64,000 bases of DNA, taken from the NCBI GenBank assembly GCA_001244265.2, contig CDLV01000009.1, positions 1,488,001-1,552,000 of the forward strand, given 5' to 3'. The notes below the pieces were generated by a model that was not told the DNA's origin, did no database searches, and saw only the letters and a program-made list of their open reading frames with translations. The translations under genes were made by a program, and so were the position numbers. Below, in pieces: positions 51,033 through 64,000 of the stretch (within the stretch, counting starts at the first letter, position 1; each line of letters begins with the position of its first letter). The DNA comes from Microbotryum violaceum (lineage: Eukaryota).

Positions 51033-53704
51033 ATGAACAACCACCCATCCGGGACCGCGCCAGCGTATGGAAACTCTTCTCATCCAGGTACGCCATCAGA
51101 TGCACTCGTAATCGGGGCATGAGAGCTGATCCGGATGTGCCTTGCGCGTCGGTTTCCCGTCACTTGCGAATGGGGTTCGTGGACTCCACAGCCTACGCTT
51201 CCACCGCGAACCACTGGCAACAACAACAACACCAGCAGCCACCTCAACAGCAAAGCTCGAGCTTTGGTCATGTCTCGAGCGTGAGTGGTCCACTTTCTTC
51301 TACTTTCGTCGCGCTGCTGGGCCAAGCTAATCAGACTTACTACGCCCACTCCATCGTCCGGTGCCCTGTACCCTCTGATCTAGCAGAGTCACTCGAGACA
51401 AGCATCGTCTTCTCGAGCCCCTGGTCACAGTCATCCATCCGACAAGACCAATGCCAATACCACGGCCTCGAGCTCGAGCGCCCAACACGCCGCCTACGAC
51501 TCGTCCGCCAATGCGTCCCCGTATGGCTACAATGCACAAGGGTACCACCTCGAGCAACAACTAGCTTCTCAACAGCAGCAGCAACAACAGCTTGCAGCCG
51601 CTTCATCGGCTCGATCTGCCGCAGCCCAGAATGTCCCCCCCTCGGCCGCAACTGTGCCCGTCGTATCCGCTCCCCCACCACCGGCGCCCGCCGCCGCCGC
51701 GCCGATACCACCCAGAATACCCATGGCCGAGTGGGATGTATACATGCTGTCAGTCCGGATCCTTCATGGCCTCGCAATACGAGACATAATTCCGCTGACA
51801 CTTCTCGTCGCTTACATCCATCGTCAGATCCCTCCCCTCGCAGGACCAGCGCATCTATTACGACACCGAGTCTGGATCCTCGGACGAAGATCGAGACCCT
51901 AGCGATCTCGACTCGGTGTACGACACATCGTCCCTCGCACGCTCGACGACGAACCGGGGTCACAAGCTGTCACGGTCGAGCGCGCACATCCGTCGCGGGC
52001 GACTAGGCGCATTCCCCCATACCGACACGGGGGGCTTCGAGCCCACGACCTGCACGAAACGACGCAAGTTACTGTCGGGATTACCGCCCTGTTCCGGGCC
52101 TGGCGCCTTGGCCGTCGCGCCGAATCTTCATCTCATCCCTCGCGGGTGCAAACCAAGACCGCCCCCCGCCGTCTTGCCTCCCGTGCCTCAAAGTCCTCTC
52201 GATCTCTTGTTGACGCCCGGGTTGCAGTACACCCTTGGACCTAAGAACCAAACTTTCAAGACATTGGGAATGAGTGCGATGGGGCTGATCGAGCAAGAGG
52301 GGCCTTTGATCGGCAGCCTTGGCCGCGTCTGCGCTGGTCTGAGAGGCGAAGGGTTCGACTTTAGGTACCATGGCGATGATACGCTGTCGAAGCGATCGGA
52401 TCAGGAACGCGTGCAGAGGCAAGATAAGGAACGGCTTGCGAAGGAGCAGAAGAAGTTGGAGGCTGAAGAGAAGAAGAGGGCACAAGAGGCGCAGGAGAGG
52501 GAGGTCAAGCGATTGGAGGAGGAGAAGCAACGCAAGGAGACGGAGGAAAGGGAGGCGAACGAGCGCGTCGAAGTGGATGAGAAGAAGAGGGTCGAGCAGC
52601 AGGAAGCGGACAAGAGGAAGGCAGAAGAGGACCGACGGCAGGCGCAAAATGAGGCCACACGCTTCGACGTGCAACAGGCTGACCAGGAGCGCGATGCTGA
52701 GCGCAAGGCCGAGCAGGTCGAGATGGCCAACATGCAAGACGCCGCGACAGCTCAGACCGAGAAGGAGATTCCCGCAACAGCCGTCAACGATATTGTGGCC
52801 GCCAGCGAGGCTGCGTCTGCGGCAGCTGTCGTTGAGACGGTCGCTGATGCTGAGGTGCCGACGGAGCAAGCTGCCGCCGCCAATGCACCCTCAGTCGCAG
52901 CTGAAACCGAAACGAAGGCGGCGGCGGACGCGATGGAAGTCGATGAAGCTGGTCCTTCGTTACCCGTTGTCGATCTGGGCGCACTGCCATTGTTGCCCGA
53001 CATGAACGGGGCCGCCCCCTCCGAGGCCGATGACGCAGCGATGGCGGCGGCTCTTGCGGCCGAAGACGCTGAAGGGACCGCAACGCGAAGGCGATCCGGA
53101 CGCGTTGCGAACCGACCTCAACCGCAGAACGTTGCCGAGTTCGGAGAGGAGGAGGACCCGATCGCCGAAGAGCCGATCACGTCGGCCTCGGCCAAGACGA
53201 ATGGAGCCACGTCCGCGATCGACCTTGAAGGCTCAATTGAAGAGCCAACCCCCGAAGACAAGTCGATGGTCGAGGAGCTGCCGGAATACGTCCAACGTTT
53301 GGTCGATCCCGAGCTCTATGTGCGCAGTTTGTTCGTGAGCTCGGAAAGCGTCGAGATGCCCATCACAAGACCGGGCTTGCCCGGACAACCTGCGGTGACG
53401 TCGATGGAGATGGTATCTCCGAATGATCAGGAGGTCTTGTTGCATGACTGCCTAACGTGAGTGTGGTGAACTGTAGCTTCGTGATGAGATTCTCGCTTGC
53501 TGATTTCCACGAGCCTTGTTCATTCACCGCAGCGATCTGCATCGCTTCCTCGCTGACTCGCTTGAATACCGCGATCGGCTATCCGAAATCCGGGATGGCG
53601 TACTCGGCGTCGATCGGAGACGCAAGGGGATGTGGAAAGTTGTGCGCACCGTTGCGGAGGATTGGTTGCGAGAGGAGGCCGAGGCGCAGCAGAATGCTGG
53701 GTAG
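51033..53704 (+). CDS. Rxt2-like subunit of the Rpd3L histone deacetylase complex
   Basis: TNRGHKLSRSSAHIRRGRLG resembles RXT2_N. Coiled-coil middle region; C-terminal DLHRFLADSLEYRDRLSEIRDGVLGVDRRRKGMWK; Q/P-rich N-terminus. Confidence 0.7.
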
Positions 53705-53853
53705 GCCTGTTGGCTGTGTGTTGTGATGGATGGATGGAGGTAGTGTCGCAGCAGTATTGTTTCATGGGTCATAAGACTTGACTCGGTTGTAATGTATCTT
53801 AGTATACCACGTGTCCGATTGCAGCCACTTGTACAGACGCGAGGCTCTTCGTA

Positions 53854-54888
53854 CTATGCTCGCTCAATCTTGCTCTCAAACTCCGACACGCCCACGGGCT
53901 CACTGGCCTTTTCATCGTAATCAGTCCAGCCGTCCGGGTTGGACAACTCCAACTCAACCTCGTCAAAGACTGTCCCCGAATTTACACCCTTGCAATGCCA
54001 TATCCCCTTGGGGTCGAATTTGACGATCTCGCACCCGCGGCATTCGAGGATCGCGATCGTGGCGAATTTTTGTGATTCGGATTGGTCGAAGGTGTAGAAG
54101 GCTTTGGAGCGGTTGAAAGATGGGTCGAAGTCTGCGAGTGTACAATAAGGGGTTTGGTGGTTGAAATGGGCGATAGGCGTAGGAAATTGATCAGTGACGC
54201 GTTTCAGACGATACCAAAGATGTGGGGATAGGAATGGGAACTTGCTGATGGTGTGCTCTCGCTTGCACATGGTGCATCGCCACACAAAGTTGGCCTCGCC
54301 CCTCGACCCGGAGATCTCGTGTGACTCCTGATTAACGTGGCGAGATTCAGGTGGTCAGACAGACCGTTTGGGGTGACAATGCTCTTGAAAGGCCTGGACT
54401 AACAGTTGCATCGATGCCGATCCAATTCGGGTGCTCCTCTCGGCAAGAACCGCATTGAACCCTGAACTGTCATGTGAGAAAGACACATGGTGTGAGGTCG
54501 GAGTTGGATATGGGACATCTTCGAGCGGCTCAGGTGACGGACCATCCAGTTGAAGTCATCGCCATGGGCCTAATTATCGCACAGAAGGAGGGAAAGAGGT
54601 CAGATCCCCGAAAGGAATGGCAATCGGGGTGATAACTCGAGCAGAGGACTGACTTGGAGATCTGTGCAGTTCTCTAGCGTGGCCTGCAGGTGATAAGAGC
54701 CGAAGGCCTAGATGTTCGATCAACCGTATGTCGCTATAGAGCAACACAAGGCAAGCGGGAGCAATAGGTCGCGTAACGGACCTTGATCAACACTTGCAGT
54801 TTCTGAGGAGAGGTGGGGCCAGTGCAAAGCTCGTCAGCGCTCGTTGTTTCGACGTAGGCTTCAGATACGCACTAGGGCTTACTACCAT
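53854..54888 (-). CDS. DUF866 / CZIB (C1orf123-like) CXXC zinc-binding protein, many short exons
   Basis: MV|KLQVLIK|ATLENCTDLQ|...|FRVQCGSCREEH...|EISGSRGEANFVWRCTMCKRE...LECRGCE...WTDYDEKASEPVGV. Confidence 0.9.
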
Positions 54889-55054
54889 GATTGAATGATA
54901 CTGGGTATGGGTCTGAGGTCAAAGATAAAAGCTGCCGCCAACTGCCGCCCTCCGCACGCGCGTCGCTCCACATCTTTCGTCCTTCCCACGGCGCTTCGAC
55001 TTTCGGCTCACTCGAATTGGCAGGCTGCTTTCAAGCCTTAGCGGCTACTCGTAC

Positions 55055-56431
55055 ATGTCGTCGTCGGATCAAAATATGCATATGTGCCCCGACGCGTTTA
55101 AGATCGCTAGGCTGCGATTTCTCCGTCCCCCACCTGCGGTGATCGCCGTGCCCGAGTTGACCACACCGCGAACTCCCTGTCTGCTCCCAATCGAGCTCCT
55201 GGTTGGTATCACCGACGATTATGGTGTCCATATTGACGCCTTCGCGTCGCTCGAGCTGCGACTGCGAGTCGTCGATTGTGACGACCTCCTTTCGTCTCCG
55301 ATCAAGCATGTGGAGCTCCAGGTCAACGGCAGCGACCACGGTCATTACGTCTTCGACACGAGCCGCGGGAACTACCACAAGGTCGTTGCGTCCCTCCGAA
55401 TAGCTCAATCACCGGAAGTCTTGCCCAAAGCCGTGAGGTTCGAACTCTCGGTCGCACGGACCAAAGCGCGGCCGGACAAACTTTCGCGGGTCTCGCAACG
55501 AATACTAGAGATCATTGGCGAGGGGGAGCAGATCGTACTGGAGGGATGGCAGGGTCAGAGGTACATTTTCATGTCTTCTCTCAGCGGAGATGTCGAGCTC
55601 AAGCAAGGACGATCCTTGCCGAATGATCCGGGCAAAGTACAAACGAATCTGCGCCGCATCCACACCGACCTCGAACAAGTAATATCTATCGTCGAACGCC
55701 CGGGCTTGAACAATTCGACCGGACAGCGGTTGTGGGACTGTGCCATTGGCCTGTGTGGCTTCCTTTCTTCCCGGCCAGACGCCTTGTACCCCTCGCAACC
55801 CCTGCCTGAAGCTGCCGAGTCAAGCACGAATGACCGCGCCGCTGATCGGGGTCCCGCCGCGAAACGATCCCAGCGGGTCCCTCCTCGGCTCGTGGTGATC
55901 GAGCTCGGTGCCGGTTGCGCTCTTGCAAGTTTATTTGCGGCGGTTCTACTGGACAAACTGAATCTAAACGGATCGATGACCGCTGCCCGAGCCCGCGTGG
56001 TCGCTACCGATGTCAAAGAAACGGTTTCGACCACGCTTCGCGAGAATCTTGACTACAACCACCTGTTGAAACATATCGATGCGAAGGTACTGCGATGGGG
56101 ATCACTCGATACGTCATCGCTCGATTCTTTTATCGGCAATGACGGCGAAGACACCGATCTAACCTTGCTCGGCACCGATGTTCTCTACAACCCCGAATCG
56201 CACCAGGCTTTGCTTGACACCCTGACCTCATTCTTGAACCGGCCGTTGTCGGCGGGTGGTGGGCATCAGCGAGCCATTATCGCCTACAAAGCTCGCACGG
56301 AAGGTGATGAGCATTTCTTTCAGCTCGCCCGCGATGTACCCGGGTTGCAGGTCACGCTGGTCTGGAGGTGGGGCGATGTCTCGGTGTGGTCATTCCACGC
56401 GGCGGCGTCGTCATCAGTCGTCGGAAGCTGA
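55055..56431 (+). CDS. SAM-dependent family-16 (METTL21/Efm-type) protein methyltransferase
   Basis: STGQRLWDCA, VIELGAGC, VVATD, LRWG, LLGTDVLYNPESHQALLDTL. Single 458-aa ORF. Confidence 0.88.
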   Translation: MSSSDQNMHMCPDAFKIARLRFLRPPPAVIAVPELTTPRTPCLLPIELLVGITDDYGVHIDAFASLELRLRVVDCDDLLSSPIKHVELQVNGSDHGHYVFDTSRGNYHKVVASLRIAQSPEVLPKAVRFELSVARTKARPDKLSRVSQRILEIIGEGEQIVLEGWQGQRYIFMSSLSGDVELKQGRSLPNDPGKVQTNLRRIHTDLEQVISIVERPGLNNSTGQRLWDCAIGLCGFLSSRPDALYPSQPLPEAAESSTNDRAADRGPAAKRSQRVPPRLVVIELGAGCALASLFAAVLLDKLNLNGSMTAARARVVATDVKETVSTTLRENLDYNHLLKHIDAKVLRWGSLDTSSLDSFIGNDGEDTDLTLLGTDVLYNPESHQALLDTLTSFLNRPLSAGGGHQRAIIAYKARTEGDEHFFQLARDVPGLQVTLVWRWGDVSVWSFHAAASSSVVGS

Positions 56432-57223
56432 ACGGTGTGATCGGTGTATAATGTCGATGGCCGAACTTTTCTGAGCCTTTTCCGAATCAGATGACCCCCG
56501 GCAGGGGGGCGTTCGAAGTCGCCGCCTCGGCGCCGTACGTTTAAGATCACTTAGGAGATACCGACTTTAAAGCGTCGGTCGTACAAGCTTGCATCCCGGG
56601 GTTTCAACCCTCGGCTCCCGGCATCATGCAAGCCAGTCAATGTTCTAGACTAATTTCTTTCCGCCGTTTACTTTGACATCGCCAATCATGCGAGGAGGCG
56701 TGAAATTTGGTTTTTGGCACTTGCAAAGCATGCTACCGAAGGTTTTGGCGGGCCGAGGGGGCCAATGAAGTACTGAACTCTGCGCCGGCGGTCTCAGCAG
56801 CTCAGCACACTGCTTCTGGATCGCTCCCGCAAAGGCGCTCTTTGCGCGGCCGGAAGGTGACCCCAGGAGACCTGAGGAGACCCCAGCCTACCCCAGCGCG
56901 CTTCCGGTTTGACAGCAGCTGAGTCTCGATTGTTCTCTTTCCCTTTTGCCCATCTCCCCCCGCCCCCCCATCTTGCGCCTCTGTCGTACCGTGCAACATA
57001 TCCAAGACGCCTGTCTACACCCCTCACATTCACTAGGTCAGCTTGTTCACTTGTGGCAAACTGCAAGGGCGCTCACTTTTGGACCGGGCCGACCGTCACC
57101 CTCGCAATCTTGACTGCGATCAGTGATCGATCAGGCAGCATCGATCCCGAAGTTCCCGGAGATCACACGATCGGACCTCGGCCGTGGGCGTGAGCGCCGT
57201 CAACCCAACCTTCGACTGCCATC

Positions 57224-59010
57224 ATGTCTTCACCCTCGTCCATGTCGACCAGTTTGAACAGCTTGCACCTGCACCCTTCATCTTCGACCACAACGATGCC
57301 GCAACGACGCCGCACGGTTGTGCCTTTCCCCATCGCGGATGACCCCGACGAGTCGACGGGCGGTCGCACGGAGTTGTATTGGACGCCTGCCGAGCTTCCC
57401 GCCGATCACTTTCTCGCTCAACGCCCAGCTGGCTCGAACTTGACACAACCTGAGAGTCAAAACTCGCCCGACCACGATTCCTGGCAACGCCGTGCACGCC
57501 CTGATACATCCTCCTTGGCCGCTGCCGACTACGACGTCTCTGTCGCGACCGGTTTCTTGCCTCCCGACGAGCCCGTGCAACGGCTGCAGCTCGGCGTAGA
57601 GTGGCAGCGCTTCGAGAGATTACTCGAGATGGCCCAGAAGGAGGTGTCTCGGCTTGTAGGTGGCGGTGTGGGTCGATTGAGCGAGTCGTGGCGACGACAT
57701 CTGCGCGAGGTAAGACACCCGTCCGCTTCACTCGGGAGCCCCGAAATTCGAGATCACCACGACTGATTCTCCTGTGTTTCATCCCGACAATACTACAGCT
57801 CCCCCAACCTCCTATTCATGAACTCACATCACTTCCATTGCTTCGTCGAGCTCACGTCGTCCTAACATACCTTGCGCACTTCTACACGCATGCTGTCTAT
57901 CCGTACGACACCCACGTTCCAGCGACGGTCTCCGTTCCCCTCGTCGAGATCAGCGAGAGCCTCGGTCTGCCTCCCATCCTCACCTACGCTGACACGGTGC
58001 TGTGGAACTGGCATCTCCTCGATCGATCGCGGGGCATTCAAGCGGACAACATCGTCATTACCACGACTTTTACCTCGTCCGACTCGGAGAAGGCATTCTT
58101 CTTCCTCTCGATCCTGTGCGAGCTCCATGGCCCGATCATCCTGCGCTCCATGTCGTCCACGCTCGATGAAGCCTTTTTTGCCGATCGTACAGCACTCGTT
58201 CGTATCGCTGGTCATCTCGACAACATCGCTTCGGCTCTCGATGAGCTGGCCTTGCTCCTGCACGACTCGACTCGTGGGGCGTTCGGTCCAGCACCTGTTC
58301 GAGCCTCGATTAGCGCTCCCGTGTTCTACTGGGAGATTCGACCCTGGTTCAATGGAGGTCGTTGGATGTACGAAAGCGTTGGCGAGCGTGAATATGGGGG
58401 TCCTTCAGCCGGTCAGTCATCGCTCGTCCACGCCGTCGACCTATTCCTCGGCATCGATCACTCGCCCCGTCCTGCCTCGACGACAAGCACAGCCTCGGTC
58501 CCCGCCTCTTTGGGACCAGAGCCTTCTACAACCCTGCCCACTCCTGTCGCACAGGCAAAGGGTCTTTCGGACGACACGTTCATGATGAGAATGTCAACCT
58601 ATATGCCGGGTCACCATCGTGCCTTCCTCGCTCATCTGGCCTCCCTCTACCAACCGACCGAGGTTAGCGAGGCCGGCATCGCCGAGAAGCTGCCCAGCGT
58701 GCGCGACCTCGTCATTCGCCACCCGCAGCAATTGCAAGAGTCGTACGACCGCGCCGTTCTGTCGATGAAGAAGTTCAGGGACGAGCACATGAAGCTTGCG
58801 ACCGTCTATATCGTCGCTCAAGCGAAGAAGGAGCCAGGTCGACAAACGGTGTTCTGGCAAGAATGGGAGGACAAGAGGATTGAGAAGGAGAGGCTTAGGC
58901 AGGAGGAGGCACGGGGCAGGCGCGATGTGTTGAAAGGGACGGGTGGGACCGACCTCATCGTCTTTCTCAAGATGTGCAGGGAGCGTACCAAAGAGGCCCT
59001 GTTGGGTTAG
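57224..59010 (+). CDS. BNA2: Indoleamine 2,3-dioxygenase, 2 exons
   Basis: YDVSVATGFLP, LRRAHVVL, LGLPPILTYADTVLWNW, FYWEIRPW, GGPSAGQSSL, MSTYMPGHHRAFL, FRDEH, GTGGTDL..FLK..R. Confidence 0.93.
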
Positions 59011-59291
59011 ACCGAGTCCATCGTTGGAGGACGAGAAGGAAGAACACTCGTCACATACCAAAAGGAGGCTGAGAACAGCCTTACGCACTTGATGCTTTTG
59101 GGCTCGCTTCCGATTTCAGTGCTCTTTCGCATCATTTAGTGGCTTGAGTTCTCATAGTTTTGCATACCCTCGCTTCGTACCCGCAACTCCATAGATTCAC
59201 TTTGTTTGCTCAGATCTACGGCTTGTTGTGTTACCAATTCCACGCAAAAGTTCTTTTAAACCTTTACCGTGCCCGAGGCTTAGCGCTTGGT

Positions 59292-61888
59292 TCATTTCAC
59301 GCAGTAAAAGCTCAACCCCGTCCTACATCGTTCAACCTCGTCCAGCAGTGCCCTATCGTCGGCTTCCATCCACCGATCCTTATCCGCGATCTCGCTCTGC
59401 TTGATCGTCTTCCACAATCGATCAAACTTGGCCTTCTTTGCAGCTAAGCGGCTCATCTCGAGCGGCGAATTGTGGCCCGTGAATATGACGAGGGCCGTTA
59501 GAGGTGGGAGAGCGGCGTGGAGCTTGGCCAATTGGACGTTGAGTTGGGCGTACACCTCGTCGAGTGAGGCCGAAGAAGGGGATCTTGAGGAGGAGTCTTG
59601 AATTGTTGTGGATGGGACGACATTGATGCCGGGTAGGGTTGCAGACCATTTGCCGAGAGCGGCGTTGGACGGTTGGGACCCTGGATCAAAGGAGGTTACG
59701 AAGGCCGATAAGTATTTCGCTTCACTCGGAGGTGAAAGAAGTTCGCAGTGCTCACATCCGAGGGCGTGACTCAGATCCATAAATCTCGCCACAATCAGGT
59801 CGTGATCTTCAACGCTCCGCTCCACCCCTTCAACGACCTGATCATCATTCGTGCATCCGATCGCCGAGTCGGCTTTGGCTCCATGCCATTGACCGGGGGT
59901 GCCGTGATCGACGACTGCGCATCTTTTCTTGTCTGTTCCTCGACCGAGTCGCTCAAAGATCGTCTCTTGGTCGTTTTGGAACTCGCCAAATCCGGGCCCT
60001 TTGGCCATCTTGAGTTTGAGCAGATCGACGCAAGTCAGGGCGTCTTCGGCCGAGTCGTGTCCTCCGATCAAAGGTGCGGTGGGAGCGGAGGGGTCAGTCC
60101 CAGTCGAGGCTGGAAGAGCGGCGAGCGCATCTTTGGATGGAGCGATAGAGGTAGGGGCAGGAGGAACAATCGAGGCGGGGGTGGTAGAGGTGTTGTTCTG
60201 GATCTCTCGCTTGAGCCATTTCTGAGCGAGCCATTTCAGCGAAGCTTTGAAGGGTGGCCCCCGAGGGTGCTGGTAGATGACCGAGGTGTCGATGATGAAG
60301 GAATGAACGAGCTGCGGGGGTTGCAAAGGATTGGCGCTTCAGATACCAGGAACGTGCTCTCCTGGGCCGAGAACGGACCTTGAGGACTCGCAAATCGCAT
60401 TCCAGGGAATGTCCGATGAGGATGGTGTTGTAAGAGATGAGCTCGGACAGATCGCGTTGCACGTCTTCAAGTCGCTTCGTGACGTTCGAGAGCTTCTCCT
60501 GGTCGAGCCCCGAAAACCTGTGTGACTCCCCAAGACGGTAAGCACACCGCTGCCTCTCGCTCTCACTGCGGACTTGGGGAAGGCTTCGGGAGCAACAACT
60601 GACCTCGTCAGGTAGTCGAGAATAGGCTTATCGGGCTTGACTAGGGAGTCGTACACGCTCTTGCCTTGCATATCGACGACGCTGACCCTCGTTAGTTCCG
60701 AGCCATCCTCTGTGAGACACATCTCACAATCGATACCCAAAACTTGGGGGATCTGCCCCTGCTGCAACGGGGCCTGGTAAGGTGCCTCGACCCAGCCATC
60801 GTCTCGTTTCCAGCCTTTGAGTGAAGTCTTCAGAGGATCGGAGGAAGACCGAGTCGGGAGTGGGTAGGCTTGCTCGGCCATCTGCTCGGGCGTCATGAGG
60901 TACATGGATGGGTCGGCTGTCTTTCTGGATTGACCCTGCTCCTTCCTCGCTTTCTCCCTGCGGTCCTTTTCGCCGCCGGTAAGGGAACAGTTGATAAAGT
61001 GTTGGTAGCACGAGTGCAGCTTGTACTTGTCCCCCGGTGCTTTGGTTGGGCATGCATGAGAGAAGAGGGTTTGGAAGATCGGGAGCTGAGATGGTGTTGC
61101 CGGTGGGCTCAGTGCGAAAGGGAGATTGGCCGAAGTAGGTGGCTGCGGGATTCCTAGTGTGCTAGAGGTAATGCCGGGTATCATAAGTGCGACGACGCGT
61201 TGAACGTTGCGTTTGTTCTGCAAGCAAGAGGTTGAAGAATGATTGTGCTTGGGTAAGCTTTCGCCCGAGTCATAGCCAAAAAGTCCGACGTGATCCCCAA
61301 CAAAGACTTGCAGCGACATAGAGCCATTGCTGGGCCTTTTCTTCCGACAGCAAATGCAGTACAAAGTCGCGGATGTCCTGTGTGAACAGCAAAGGAAAGC
61401 AGGGAGCTGTCAATACAGTTCGCATGGAAGGGCAAGGGGTCGCCTGAGCAGCGACAGACCTTGATCTGAATCGTTCTCCCGCCTTTAAAACCGCGCGTGT
61501 CGAAGGCAAAGGAAGGTGGGTTTTCCTGTGCGAGTAAATCCGTTTCGGGTCAGACCAAGCATACCAACTCTGCGTAAGGAGGCGTACGAGAACGTGCCAT
61601 GGCCTTTTGCACCTCCTTTCTGCGCTTCTTGGCTTTGGCCTTGTCAAGTTTGGCCATGCCATCATCCGCGGAGGGGGACGCTTCGGTCTCGTGCTGCGCT
61701 TCCTGCTGGTTCCGTGCACTGTCTTTGCCTGGTCCAGTCCCGGCCAGAGGTGCTGCAGGTGAAGATGCTGCGGCCTCGACGGCTTGAGAATGGTCACGCT
61801 TCCGCTTCTTGGCTGGTGAGGCATCATGGCGGGTGGTGGATTGCGGGGGTAGCTTTTGCTTCTTGGGGTGCGGTGGTGACGACTCCAT
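59292..61888 (-). CDS. REX1: DEDDh RNA exonuclease, Rex1/Rnh70-like
   Basis: LGIDCEMCLTEDGSELTRVS, LVKPDKPILDYLTR, ILIGHSLECDLRVLK, IIDTSVIY, SLKWLAQKWLKREIQ, GHDSAEDA. Confidence 0.92.
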
Positions 61889-62295
61889 GGCCTGAACTTG
61901 AGATAGCCTGTCCGGAATCACAATTATCGAGATAGGGATGCAGGACAAGATGCAGACACACGCACGCAAGCCGGAGCCAGAATGGACCGCTGAGCTGATG
62001 AGCTCGGCCGGGGCGTGACGTGAGAGCTTCGGTGCGAACTCGTGCGAAGGAAAGAGCCTTTTAAAGTTAAAGCCTTTGAGTACGGCGGGCCGTTTGGGTC
62101 ATTAGTCCCCCGTTTTCGGGCCTCTTTTTCTATTTGGTGGGTTTCAATCATACCTATAGAAAAAAAAGAAGAGGCGGCGATAAGGACCGTCTCTTTTTGT
62201 AGACTATGCAGCTGGAATTCAAAGTCCCACTATCTTTCGTTTTTGAGCGCGACTGTGTCTCACGCGTCGCTTGATCGCTTGATCACCCGACTGGT

Positions 62296-62355
62296 CGCTG
62301 CCCGCCGCTGCCCGCCGCTGCCCGCCGCTGCCCGCCGCTGCCCGCCGCTGCCCGC
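62296..62355 (+). repeat. (CGCTGCCCGC)6 perfect GC-rich minisatellite in the REX1/SSK2 divergent intergenic region
   Basis: Directly visible. Confidence 0.95.
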
Positions 62356-62532
62356 CCCCCTCCCGCCCCATTCGCTGGCCTCGCGCGACGAGTCACATGT
62401 CACACACAACCCACGACCTCCCCCTTCTCGCTTGAGCTTGATCCGCCCCACCCCGACCGGCCACGCTCTCTTCGCCTGGATAATTTGACCAGTCCTGGAT
62501 ACTGGGCAGCCAGCTCGCCCGCTCGGCCCGTC

Positions 62533-64000
62533 ATGCCCTCGCGAGGACCACCGACCGCTTCGGCGAGTGCTTTGGCGCGCGCCAACGCCAAACAGGCTTC
62601 GATCGATGCCACCTCGGCCTTGAACCGGTCCCGATCCGCCACTTCGAACAAACCGAGGCTGTTCAACAGGTCAGTTTCACTGCTGGAGCAATTGCAGCCC
62701 ACCGCGCTCGTCGTTTGGTGCACTGCGAAGCAGTAGATGTCGGCCACCATGTTCTGCTCTGGTCCCCCCTAATGAATGGTCCATGATCACTTTCTCCGTC
62801 GCCGATGCGCCAGGGGTTATGATCAAGAGGATGACCCTGATCGACTGTACTACTCCAAGGGCCTGGGCAAACTCGACAGTGACGACGAATCCGGGGATGA
62901 CGACTCGGTCGGAATGGGCGAATCCTACTACAGCACTGGAGACGAGGACGAGGATGTGAGTCTCGCGAGCGAAGATCCGGGGCGGGATCCCACTTGCACA
63001 CGTCATAGCGTACCTGTGTGCGCTGACACCCGCCTTGAGCCCGATCGTCCGTCACAAGCCACACGCGAACGACCATGAGGACTACGATGACGAGCATCCG
63101 CACCTCAGTCGGCCACATCCCACCCCCTTCCCCTCCTACGTGCGACCGGCCAAGTCATTCGATCTGACCCCGGCGAATCACGTCGACGGCGACTCATTTC
63201 ACGGCGTGACAGGGAACCACGACGGTGCATACCACCCGAGCGAGAACGATGGTGGAGACGACGGCAAAGAAGAGGGTGGGCCCGAGGTCGACGCCAGGTT
63301 CGAGTGGCAACACATGCTCGCCAATGTGCTCCAGGGCGACGTGCTAAAGAGTGAAAAGACTCGGCTCTCGACCGCATCCCTTTCGACCACAACCCATCTC
63401 ACCAACAACCTCGTCTCTTTCTCCGGCACGGGTACACGCACAGGCAAGCGGCAGCAGGCCTATGCGATCTGGCTGTTGATTCGGGCCAAGATCAGGGGCA
63501 GAAGTCCGGAGGAGGAATCGCGATACCTCGAAGAGGCGAGGGCCAAGGTCGACGAGGTAATCGACGAGGTGCTCAAATTCAGGGTCATCGATCTCAAGCC
63601 AGCACCAAGCGCCCCACCTATCTCGGAAGAAGCCCGGCTACAGAATGCGGCCGACCAGGTCGCCGGTGTGCTGAGGCGTGTCGATTGGTGCGAAGGCCTG
63701 TACCCGTCTCGCAAGGCGCTGGCTTTGGAAAAGGATCGCGTCTCGACTTCAGAAGTCGTCCGACGGACCGATGCGTTGCGTACGTGGCAAAAGATCACGA
63801 AGCGACTCAAAGTGAGGTGTGGGATTCTCAAAGTCTGGACCGGTACCGAATGGGACAAGCTCTCGGATCCGGCGTGGAAGGCGAATCCCAACGAGCCGAC
63901 GCCCGCCGTTGGCGATGGAAGAGGCTTCGTCGCCAACATCCTGCGCGAGGACGCTCTACAGGAAACCTTCAAGAAGCGCTTGCTGTCGGACGTCTATTCT
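62533..64000 (+). CDS. SSK2: Ssk2/Wis4-type MAP kinase kinase kinase, 5' part (runs off the window)
   Basis: RFEWQHMLANVLQGDVLKSEKTRL, IWLLIRAKIRGR, V..VL.RVDWCEGLYPS, LKVWTG. The kinase domain is not in the window. The first intron is about 62670-62813. Confidence 0.8.

Overview
Eukaryotic, intron-rich fungal DNA. GTRAGT/GTCAGT/GTGCGC donors, CTRAC branch points and gene content point to a basidiomycete. TCG>TTG hypermutation in repeats suggests Pucciniomycotina (Microbotryum-like); this is an inference. About 19 host genes are recognisable or supportable: STIMATE-family protein, RPS12, CDS1, a Dal5-type MFS permease, stomatin, two hypothetical proteins, a DysF-domain protein, SGF11, TOS4-like FHA protein, ABZ1, MCA1, RXT2-like, DUF866, family-16 methyltransferase, BNA2/IDO, REX1-like exonuclease and the 5' part of an SSK2-type MAPKKK. 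Three transposon islands interrupt them: about 10-14.2 kb, 30.5-37.6 kb and 43.6-50.7 kb. They hold two copies of a 2.65-kb deleted Helitron with intact ends, a decayed DIRS/Ngaro tyrosine-recombinase retrotransposon and a decayed DDE-transposase-like relic. They also hold two copies of an apparently unclassified AGTTG...CAACT miniature element with 5-bp target duplications, and a striking ~540-bp foldback built from inverted (CATTACAT)n/(ATGTAATG)n arrays around a central hairpin. No rRNA, confident tRNA or CRISPR array was seen. Exon boundaries were read by eye, and family assignments come from recalled motifs, not from searches.
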